From the NCBI RefSeq assembly GCF_022539665.2, contig NC_081331.1:744001-808000 (forward strand): a stretch of 64,000 nt of DNA. The letters run 5' to 3'. How positions within the stretch are numbered: position 1 is the stretch's first letter; each line of letters starts with the position of its first letter. Source of the stretch: Daphnia carinata. Its lineage: Eukaryota. The position numbers and the translations under genes are program-made. This document shows positions 27,401 to 38,090 of this stretch, in pieces. The notes below the pieces were generated by a model. It searched no databases, had not been told where the DNA came from, and was given only the letters and a program-made list of their open reading frames with translations.

Positions 27401-29020
27401 AGCGCTTGTGTTTAGCCAACAAGTTTGATTTACATGATGAATAGCGCTTTACTCTGCTACAAATAATACCTTCGTGTAAGGCGAACAAAAATAATTCCTC
27501 AGGCGGGGGGGCTAGTTCCTTAGCAAAACAAAATTACAATGCCTCCCAGTGAAACATTTGCCTGAATCACTATTGAACTGTTTGTATATAGTTAATGCTG
27601 TTAAACGGCTTGGGCTTAAAGCGATGAATTTAGGTAAGTCTCTGCTCTGAAAATTTAATCTTTTGTTTTTCTGTTTTCGTGTTTGCATCATCTTTAGAAG
27701 CCTAGAGCTCACGTGAAAGTAATCTACGTTTTCCTCGTCATTTCGTAATATTCTCAACAGTTAGAAATTGTATATGCACATGGATATTTGTAGCTTTCAG
27801 CTGTTTTCTCATATTAGGTCAATATATAAAGCCAAACTGAAAAATATGGAGAAAGTATCGTAAACCTCTATGGACACCATGAAAAATCATTTTAGGTCAG
27901 AAAAAGGGAAAAGTCCCATGGTGAAAAGAAAACTTTCATTTAATAAAACGATTAACAAAGACAGTCTTTATGTATATTTAATCCAACAGCTTTGACTCGG
28001 ATGCATCTCGTCAAACCATTACATGCTTATTTTGTTATTTGAGAAAAACAAAAACAAGAGCGGATAAAGCGGATTATACGGTTGAAGTGAAAGGTGAATA
28101 TTATGACAGTCCCTAATTCCACTTCTTGCATGCTGGGTTTATACAGGTAAAAAACAAAAATGGCTTGTCATGCAACTGTGCTTTTACTTAAAAACAAAAG
28201 CAGTTATAGCTTTTTTTTATGTGTTCTAAATGAGAAATAGCCTCGGCCTTGTTCTCCATTTGGGTCCGCTTTCTCTGCTGGCCGTTAGGAAAAAGGTATT
28301 GTTCTTATTAAGGGCAAGGTGTACAGTCATTTTACAAGGGTAAATCGTAAGGGTCACTCCTCGTCTGTTAACACTGTCCGTAAACATATACCCCACTAGT
28401 GTACTTGGCTTTCGTTAGCCGATGAATACCCTATTTGTTTTCAAAGCGTTCTTGGAATCAGCAGAGTGCGAAATCAACCTATGTGCTCTTTCAAAATTAT
28501 GCATTCAAGCTCCAGGGTATGGCTTTCTGGCGTACGTGGCTGCTGTTAACGGTGAACGAATACTACGAAATCCTCTTTTGGTCTTTGTGGTATGAACGTG
28601 CCTCCCTGAGTACGTCATCAAGTCAAATGTTCGTGATAAGTATATACGTCGATTTGTTTTTTGTTTATACTGTATTGCGATTTATCTTGAAATTTAATCC
28701 AACGAGTGAAACAACAAAACAACATGTTATCGCTATATTGACATAATGGCGCGATCGCGCTGTCCAAACCCTGTTTTGACTCCAGTTTCTAAAATCCTAT
28801 AATTACTTATCGGCCATAGGTGGCAGTCTTTTCAAAAAGGGGGAACGATAAAAGGAGAGTTTCACCATCACGGCCAGTTCAGTTCGACAAGCCGAACGGT
28901 CTGTTTCGTATTCTCTAGCCGAAGTGCAAGGCAATAAGCCGGAACTCGGTGTCATTTTTAGTTGGTGCGGCAATCAGCACGTTATTAACTAATAAACCGA
29001 ACATTGGCCAATGACCCAAA

Positions 29021-31878
29021 ATGCCGAACGCAACTGGTTCAGCAAAGTCTATCGATTATCGTGATGAGAAACAGCAAGAAAGGTGTGGAGAACCTTTGAT
29101 GAAAGGAAGAAATTCAAAAGGTACTTATACAAATTCAAGTCTTTGCCTTTAAAGGGAAATGTTAATATTTAAATGTAGGCTAACAAGATAAAAATGCTAA
29201 GCTCGTATTCATTTTCTTAAGATGTAGATAATATAACACCGGATGGAACGTCTTTTGCCAATCCATCGAACGATCATTTTTTCCTGTCAAAAAGTCGGGA
29301 CCAGTCGAAAGTGAACGGATCGACGAGAAAGAAAAGATGGCAGAAAATTAAAGGGGCGTGCAATATGCAGCTCGTACGTCGCCGTTTACCCATCGTGCAA
29401 TGGTTGCCAAGTTACAATTGGAACTATGTCCTTTTCGACCTTATTGCTGGCATAACTGTTGGTTTGACGATAATCCCGCAATCGATCGCATACGCTGGCG
29501 TTGCTGGACTTCCTTTAGAGGTTGGTGTTTGATTACGAGTATGACTGAAACGCGAGCTATATCTAATCACGAACTGACCTTTTTGACGTGATAGTATGGT
29601 CTCTATTCCTCTTTTATGGGCATGTTTGCATACACGGTATTTGGCTCTGTAAGAGAATCGTCCATAGGACCAACGGCCGTCATGGCCCTCATGACGTTCT
29701 CGTATGCCAACGAAGGCGGGGCTGCTTACGCAGCACTTTTATCATTTTTGGCTGGAGCAATTGAACTTTGTGCCGGCTTGCTTAATCTAGGTAAGCTTAA
29801 TTACGGATATCCCCTATTAAATGGGAGACGTGTTGTCAACTTTGGAACGGAAATTGGCAAAGACAAAAGGAAATAATGTCTTGGGTTTGTGATAGGATTT
29901 CTGGTCGAGTTCATATCAGCCCCAGTGATCTCTGGCTTTTGTTCGGCTGCCGCATTAACTGTCGCCTCAACGCAGGTGAAAGGCCTCTTCGGATTAAAAT
30001 TTAGTGGATCTTCATTCGTCGAAGTCTGGACTGGATTCTTTACAAATCTGTCTAGTATTAATCCATGGGACGCCGGATTAGGTTGTTCCTCAATAGTCGT
30101 CCTACTTTTGTTACGGGTTTGTTTGCTATCATTTTCGAGCAAGTCTAGACAGCATGCTAATCAGTACTATAATATTCCAAATAGAAACTGAATGCATTGA
30201 AAAGTCTTGGGTCCTTGAAGAAAGTGGGTTGTCTTCGTAATCGATTTGTTGACGGTTCTCTCTGGTTCATTTCAACTAGCAGGAACGCAATTGCCGTCAT
30301 CGGCGGTTGCGTTGCTGCCTATCTATTGGAACTAAATGGCCTAACTCCGTTTACACTCACAGGTTGTTATTCTTTAAATATTATTTACGTATATCTTGAA
30401 TAAGAGTTTTTTCAAATTAAAGGAATGTTTTATTTCACGATTAATTTTCATGATATTGTTCAATCAACAGGTAACATCAAGGCCGGCCTACCTTCGTTTG
30501 AATTGCCACCGTTCTCGATCAACAAGACGGACATAGACGATGGCAATAGCACAATTTTCTTAACGTTCCCTGAGATATGCTCAGAACTGGGCGCTGCAAT
30601 TGGTCTCATCCCGCTCATTGCTATTTTAGAACAAGTTGCCATTGCCAAGGCTTTCGGTAATTCCATTTACAAAAAAAAACAAAAAATATAATTACATTTG
30701 ACATCTACAATGTTTAACACTTTACACTTGTTCTTAAATTGAAGCTTGTGGCAAACGAACCGACTCGACGCAGGAAATGATTGCTCTCGGTATTGGAAAT
30801 ATCCTGGGCTCGTTTTTCGGTGCTATGCCCATCACCGCCTCTTTTGGGCGGAGCTCTGTTCAATCCGCAAGCGGAGTTAAAACACCATTATGCAACATTT
30901 ATGGAGGTCTTTAGCCTTTGTCTTTCATGCAAGAAAAGAAACTAACTAATTTCGATGTTTCAATGTCCTTTAGGTATTCTGGTTCTATTGGCTTTAGGCT
31001 TTATGATGCCCTCACTGGCATACATCCCGAAAGCGATTCTTGCATCTGTCATCATCACGTCCGTCATCTTTATGGTAGAACTGGAAGAGCTGAAGCCCAT
31101 GTGGAAAAGCAGACGTATATATAATCGGACGGTTTACATCCGGTTGACAATAATATACTTAATTACCTACCGTGTCTAATAACATTCGTTTATATAGGAT
31201 TGGAATTAGTGCCGTTCGGTGTCACTTTCTTTTGTTGTCTCTTTGTCAACATGGAGTACGGTATTTTGATCGGAGCAGGTGTTCATTTGTTCTTGTTGGC
31301 GTACATGGCCGGAAGTCGTCCTCATCCGGAATTGATACGAATACCCGTATGTCAATTTGTCTTTCCTTCAACGTCATTTACTGACAAATATGAATTACCT
31401 CACAGGGAAGCAAAAAAACTGAGGAAAAAGTCATTGTTAAGGCTGATACTAATTTGTACTTTCCGGGAGTGGAAAAATTCCGTCAAGTTCTGAACGAAGC
31501 CACTGACGGAGAAACGTGTGTGATGGTCGATCTGTCACACGTAACGGAGATCGACTACACAGCACTCAAAGTGAGCATTACTTCCTAAAGCTTGCATTTC
31601 TTAGAAACTGATAAACATTGTTCTACTCAGATGCTCAAAGCCGTGGCTTCTGATTACCACAAGAGAGGCCTAATGGTTCTACATTTTACCAATGCTTCTC
31701 CTAATGTGACGAAATCGATTTCATCCGCCTTACATTCAGCTGACATCGACTTCTTAATACCTAATGTACGTGCAATTCATTCTTACAGTTTCAATGTCAT
31801 CATGAATATTATCATCATCTGCTTTCACATCTGTAGATGGACGAAGATGGTTGCGGAGAAATTACGGACAACGTCTAA
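29021..31878 (+). CDS. SLC26A11: SLC26A11-like anion transporter, tandem copy B, multi-exon
   Basis: Same motifs and matching intron positions as copy A (DLIAGITVGLTIIPQSIAYAGVAGLP, FISAPVISGFCSAAA, EQVAIAKAF, LYFPGVEKFR). Proposed extra first exon 29021-29120 splices in phase to 29222. Last exon 31837-31878 reads MDEDGCGEITDNV*. The start codon is less certain than the body. Confidence 0.9.
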
Positions 31879-32494
31879 CAGGATCAAATTGCCTTTTCTG
31901 TGCATGGATAGGTCTCTTGGCAGAACTTTTCACGAGAACCTACAGTACACCCCATTGTTTAAGAAAACAAAACAAATATCAAGCGTTCAAATCATGGGAA
32001 TAGTAGTCGAATGTTGTCACTTTAGGAAAATTAAAAAAAGACTGGGGGGTGGAAACAATGTGATATAATTTGGCCTTCAATACATCTCCCTCCCCTTTTT
32101 CGGGGAAGTCAATTATGCATTTGTTCGTTTTTCTTTTTGCCGTAAGTTTCAGCCATTAGAGGTTTTTTCATCAAAACGTATTCACTCCCGGCATTAAACT
32201 TTTCCTAGAAAAATTTTTCTGCACACAAGAGTATGCGACTTACATAAAAGCATACTACGCTTACGACTTACGCAAAAGCAGCTAACTAGGAAAAAAAGTA
32301 AGAACTATTCAATGCTGATTATAGTTTCAATGCAGGTCCAAGTTTAAGAACATGGAAAAAAAATAGACAAGTGTCTATATATTGAAATCACAATTTTGAA
32401 CCAGAATTTTTCATTGATTTTATCTTTGTACGTTACTTGATGCAAACGATCGAACTTCGTGTTCATTTGAGAAAAAAACAAAATCTTTTGGTCA

Positions 32495-34474
32495 TCAAGG
32501 AGGTGGATTGGACTTGCGAATCGATGGTCTTTGGAAAGAAGCCTCAATCGTTGGTTGATTTTTAACAATTTTCGTGCGCAGTTGGTACTCATCTTTGCTG
32601 CCTTTACTGCGATTGACTAACGAGCGGGTGGATTTAGCTTCTTGGTCCAATTCTTCTTGCAGCTTGCGTGCTAGCTCTTTGTCCGCTTCTTCTTGTTCTT
32701 GTTTTTTCCGAAGCCATTCACGTTCCATTTCCCGGAGTTCTTCGGCCAAAATCCCAGCGCCCTTGATCGATTCGTCCGTATTGTTATTCTGCTTAAGATC
32801 TTCGGTCAAATCTAGACTTGGGAAACGATCAAAAGGTAAACGAATGAAATAACAAATGAACAGGTTGTAGTTTTACTTTCTTCAGCGAGCCCGTAGAGTT
32901 GATTCAAGTTCTTTGCTGCACTAACCACCTGTGGCTTGACAATTTCACCTGAGAATAATAAGGCATGTTTTCATGTGAGATTAAAACTACGCTGACACTG
33001 GCACTTCTTATGTCGTCTTGCACTAGATCAAGATAAGCTGTTTATCGAGGAAATTTGACGTAACGACATAGCGAAATAAAGGCATAAGAAGTGCCAGTGT
33101 GATGCGCGGCTAGATTGTAAAGTAACGAACTATTGCCAGGTGAATTTTTGGGTGGAGTCAGTGGAGCAGCATTAATCGGGCGAAAATGTAGCCTCTTGCT
33201 TACTTCTTGATCTATGCTCTCTAAACTCGTGCAAGATGAGCTGCGCGGTTCACTCATCGAAATATCCCCTAATAACCATAGTCAGTATTTGAATATCCTA
33301 AATAATCACATATTTTTTTTACTTTTATGGAAATGTTCAATCACAGGTGCAAAGGCAGACGGTGATCGTGACGGCTCGTCATTTTCATTCGAGAGACCTG
33401 AGATTTATATAAAAACTATGTTAGATCTAGGATTCATGAAAAACGAAGAGTAGGTTGCTAACTAGGGAAAAATTTGTTGATTTTTTTGGCTGCAGGAGTT
33501 GTTTTGGAATCAGAACTCATTTTCCTTGGTCTCTTTCTTGAGGATATGGGTGTTTGCACAATTCTTGAACCACGTAACTTGCGGATGTTATCCTCTTTTT
33601 CAGCAAGTTCAAGTGCTAAGGCCTCATCTGCTTGTCGGATTCTCTCTAATTCCGCTTCGGCCCTAGCAAGCTCTGCCTGAAGAAGTGAGCAGAATCTACA
33701 ACTTTATAAAAACCTAGGTAGATTTTGTTACTTCTTTACTTGTTCTTTTGCAAGCTCTGCTATCAGATCAGCCGAGGCTTTTTCTTCTTCTTTCCTTCGT
33801 TCTTCTTCTTCTTTTCTTTGCCTTTCCTGTTCAATTTCAAACTCTTTCAAAAGTTCACCAGGCTCTGCAAATTGGTGCATTGGGACGGTAGGGAAAACTT
33901 TGGGTAAAATAGAAAATATTTATCAAAAATAATTCAAATATATTCAAAAATACATATTCAAAAATGTTTCGAATATTTATGCTCACTGATCTACACTTAC
34001 AATCCTCAACATCTTTTTCATCTTTGCCTTCCCCATTTTGTGATGCAACAAGTTCAGGGAACTGGGCTTGGATTTGTTGCCACAGAACTTCATTAATGAT
34101 GGTATTAGTTTTTGTAGCTTGACGGCACCATACACTTATCCGTTTTCGGCACATTGGGCATGACAGGTTAGATTTTTCAACACAGCTCTAAACAGGAAAA
34201 TGAGATTACAATTTACTCTTCCAAAACTATGAAAATTTTTAAAATAACATACCGTATAGCAAGAATAACATAAATCATGTCGACATGGCAGACTGACTGG
34301 TTTCACCATCAAATTTAAACAGATTTTACACGTGACATCTTCAAGAAGCAAAAAAGGTTTTTCTTCTGACGACGAAGAGACATTTTGCGACTGGTCTTTA
34401 TTCGTTTCGTTAACTTTACTTCGCCTGGATGTGGCCCGAACCTTCGTAACAGTCGAGCGGCGAGAAGGCGCCAT
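32495..34474 (-). CDS. RNF168: RING-type E3 ubiquitin ligase, RNF168-like, multi-exon
   Basis: C3HC4 RING split by an intron (CKIC...PCRHDLCYSC|...CPMCRKRISVWCR); UMI-like PGELLKEFE...EEEKASADLIAEL; MIU1-like DEALALEL; MIU2 EEADKELARKLQEEL followed by LRM-like NRSKGSKDEYQLR. The domain order matches vertebrate RNF168. Confidence 0.88.
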
Positions 34475-35465
34475 TTCTTCTTAATGTTTACTCACAAAAA
34501 TAAAATCCCGTAAAGTGGGGTGGGAGGGAGGGGGGGCCAAATTTCAAAATAGCTGTTGTGTGCACAGTCTGAAGCCTCTTCTTTTTCTCTTTTTTGGCCC
34601 GTCACTCGCCCAAAGATTACCTTGCCTTACGCCGCAAGGTACGTGAATCTTACCTACACTCCACTGAATCTCAATACTAAATGTTGTGTGCAAACGAGGA
34701 CTAAAAAAGTAAAGGAAGGGTTTCCTTTTTTTCAAGCTTTCTTGTTGCGAAGGTCACAAATCAAGTCCTAAACTGGCGAGGCTTTTAGAAGATAATTAGC
34801 ATATTTTTCTCCCCCGGCTTCCAGACTACCAGAAACTGACCCTTGAAACATTATATTACCTGCTTTATCTCAAGATCTGATATAATCATTTATCTTTATT
34901 ACCTTGTGGAGCATACTAGAAAATCCAGTCTAATATCAAGGGCTTGTCCAGTATGACCATTACGGTTATTCTTACATAAGTATAGCTGAAAAAAAAAGAA
35001 CGACATCACAGTTAGTTATCTTCAGCATTAGACGTTGATCTCTCCCCAATTTCAGAAATTTAAAATTCAAAGCGTGTAGTAAGAGATAGAATACGATTAA
35101 TTAAACAGATTGTGCCATTTCGGAGGGTTGCAGAGCAGCAGGTTAACTGTGAACGGGACGTATAACTGAGTTCGACAAAAACAAACACAGTTGGCTGTCT
35201 TTTTAGACAGTCAAATTCAGGAAGATCAACCTGTACGTCACTGGCCTTGAAAAGAAAATGACGAGGACTTTTACGCGTATTAAAGCAACCTTCTTGATAG
35301 ACTACCAAACTACTGGAAATGAACGCACGTAAGAACCGATTACGACAACCAAATTAAAATGTTGAATGTATTAAATAAAAAAAAAAACGTTCGAGTAATG
35401 CAATTAAAAAAAAAACACCCCCCAAAAAAATAAGATCACCACTATGACGATTGGCCATATTATTT

Positions 35466-36251
35466 TTATCCAGAAATGCTAATGGCTCCAGCACTAGCTG
35501 AAACACCGCCACCAGGTAGGGGTCCTGCTCCGGCAGCAGCAAATCGATTCGGTGAACCCACTGCAACGGATACTGGACGTGCCGAACCTGATGATGGACG
35601 GAATGACGTTTGTTGACGCACCGGAATTGTTGTAGGACGGAACGACGACGGACGCAGACTTGTTGAAGATGGTCGAATTCCGGAAGAACCGATTGCTGCA
35701 ACTGCATTTCCGCCCGAAGTGAAGCGATTACCACCCGAACTGACGGCGACGGCGCTGCCTCCTGAACCGAATCCATTTCCTCCTGAAGAGACGATGTAGA
35801 TACCTTGCCCACCGGGTATGTAGAACGGTCGAATAATAGTGTTACCATTAGTCGGGTAACGTGTCCCAGTTGCGCCATTCAAGCCTTGAGTGGCAGCTGC
35901 AAACGTGTTGGCGACAGCAGCATTAGCAGCCGCGACGACTCGATTGTTGATTTGATAAGTCAATCCCGCGATTTGATTGTGAATATCGTTAGCTATGCTG
36001 TAAGGATTGTACGGGTAGAATTGCGGAGCCCGACGATCCCGATTCGCGTTGACAACGTGCACCGATAAAACGGCCATGGTCACTAGCATGATCTGCATCA
36101 ACGTCAACCCGGAAACGGAAAGAACAAAGAAAGGACAAAAAAAGGAACTGTAAGGTCACTCTTTACTTACTATTCATCGTAAAATTTAAATTCTTTTTTT
36201 TCCCATCCTTTATTCTTGACGTGTGATTTTTTTTACCTGAACAGAATTCAT
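35466..36251 (-). CDS. Secreted Gly/Ser/Ala/Arg-rich low-complexity protein, possibly structural or cuticular; 2 exons
   Basis: Exon 1 36251-36237 (MNSVQ, donor GTAAAA); exon 2 36092-35466. Signal peptide, RDRR convertase site, QFYPYNPY, SSGGN and RPSS repeats. TATAAAA at 36339-36333. Confidence 0.75.
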
Positions 36252-36551
36252 TTTTTCGCGAAATTTCACAGTGACAACTGACTTGGACAAGAGGACGGCA
36301 CCAACTGGTTGTTCCATGTCCATACTTTCACCTTTTATACACCATGTTTTTTTGTTTTGTTTTGTTTTTTCTATTATCACGTTCCTTCCTTCCCACTTTT
36401 TTTCACGACTTTGTATGTAGTGGCTAGAAAAAGAAAAAGAAGCAACCGCAACCAGCCATACTAAAAACATCAGGATTAAGAAGGCGTATAGTCGGAACTA
36501 TACATTTCAACAACGATAAAAAAATCATGAAACTGAAAAACGAATTTTTTT

Positions 36552-36924
36552 TCACGATCCCGAAAAAAATTCCCCTACTTTGTTGACTGGTGTAGGTGAA
36601 AACGTAAATTTGTCCTGGGGATTTCCTATGAGACAATCACAAAGAAATTCTTTGATCTTCTTCAGATATTCCGACTCCAGATCGACCAGTTCACGGTGAT
36701 TGAATATCGTGACCTCCAATTCATTCGTCAAGTCGAAAATGTCTAAATAGAAGAAACCGAATCGAAGGTTAAACTAAAAATGTGCTCATGACGATTATAT
36801 TTACGTGCGTGCAGCATCTCATGAGATCCGTTTCGAAGCATCCGACAAGAATAAAACTGGTCACGACCGTGCAATTCTTGTGCAGTTTCGCCAAACGAGC
36901 ACGACCTGGTTGCTGGTAACATCA
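36552..36924 (-). CDS. Cryptic spliced ORF of unknown function (two phase-compatible exons; 5' end unresolved)
   Basis: Exon 36924-36805 (120 nt, TTTTCTAG acceptor, GTAAAT donor), 62-nt intron, exon 36742-36552. Translation MLPATRSCSFGETAQELHGRDQFYSCRMLRNGSHEMLHAHIFDLTNELEVTIFNHRELVDLESEYLKKIKEFLCDCLIGNPQDKFTFSPTPVNKVGEFFSGS*. Confidence 0.45.
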
Positions 36925-37596
36925 CTAGAAAATAACTTACTGAAACGGTTCTCATACAATTTAGTTGGACTTAATTACGTTGAAGAACTCACGTCATTTG
37001 AAGGTCGAACTAATCTTGTGGTAGATCTCTTACTGTTCTTACCTGTCGGCGTTGAAGCTCAACACATGCGCATAGAAAATTCTTTGTTTGTGTGCCGTTG
37101 CCTTTTGGGAAATCCCAAACAAACGTTTGGCAAGGCGACGAACTCTGCAATCTCGCACGACACAACAAAGGATGTTGAAGTCAAGAAGCTTGCAAATAAA
37201 ACAAAACAAAACACGTTGATTGAAAAATTTGAAGAAGAAGAATTGGATGCATGACATCATTTTCATATCCGTGATCGACAAAAAAACAATGAATCAACGT
37301 GAATAAGCCCTTCGGGCATTTCTCTCGTGATAACGCTCTGATGCGTTCGTTCACAGTTGTACAAAAATGATAATGCCAAAATTGTATTCGATATCGTGGT
37401 TGATTATTAACTAAGCGTATATAAGGATTACAAAGGGGCGGAAGTGAAGAATGGTGAGGGCATGCCATTTCGAAACAAGTGGGTGGGAAGAGGAAGTTCA
37501 TATTGCAATAAAAAAAAAAGGGTGTGGAACCGATGATGAATTCATGTTTTTACGATGCACGTACTTTTTTTTTTAGCTTTTGAATCAACAGTTGAC

Positions 37597-37982
37597 TCAT
37601 TTGCGGTAAAAGAATGGATGTTGATGAGGAATGACGCCGTTCAGGAAGCCGGGAAGTACGCCGGGTACATCACCATAGCCAGTACGGAAAGGAATGTTCA
37701 ACGGATAGCCGTAACCAGCAGCAAAGCCGGCGCGATGGTAAGGCGAATGAAAGAATTCACTGCCGTCCATATCAACAGGAAGTTGATCTTGATCGGCAAC
37801 GTGATCGGAAGCAACGGGAGAACCCAATGAGGCAGCAACCAATCCAACCAACAAAACAGTCAACAGCTGAATCGGATATTATGTAATAATCGGAATAGAT
37901 AATTAGACCCTTTTTTAAATGAACCATAAACCAATTATTGGGAAATGCATAAAATTTAAAAACCTACCAAATAGTTGGCCAT
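37597..37982 (-). CDS. Small secreted Gly/Tyr/His/Pro-rich protein (about 94 aa); 2 exons
   Basis: Exon 1 37982-37968 (MANYL, donor GTAGGT); exon 2 37866-37597 (LLTVLLVGLVAASLG-SPVASDH...DMDGSEFFHSPYHRAGFAAGYGYP...FFYRK*). Signal peptide then acidic segment then GYGY-rich tail. Confidence 0.8.
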
Positions 37983-38050
37983 TTTTCGAATGTTTCTTTA
38001 GCTCTTCACGTCTTAAACAGAAAGATTTTCAACAGTTTTGTTGGTTTACA

Positions 38051-38090
38051 AACTGATGTTTACAACCAACTTTTGACCGTCCTTATATAC
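38051..38090 (-). promoter_or_regulatory. TATA box plus initiator of the 37982 gene
   Basis: GTATATAAGG (38090-38081, minus) lies about 30 nt upstream of TCAGTT (38057-38052), the arthropod Inr consensus. Confidence 0.6.

Noticed and set aside
35354..36068. ORFs 35354-35878 (-) and 35805-36068 (+)
   Set aside because: Alternative-frame or antisense shadows of the GC-richer secreted gene at 35466-36251.
36640..36742. Faint resemblance of the cryptic ORF helix to the prolyl 4-hydroxylase alpha N-terminal domain
   Set aside because: Only generic amphipathic-helix similarity; no catalytic exons nearby.
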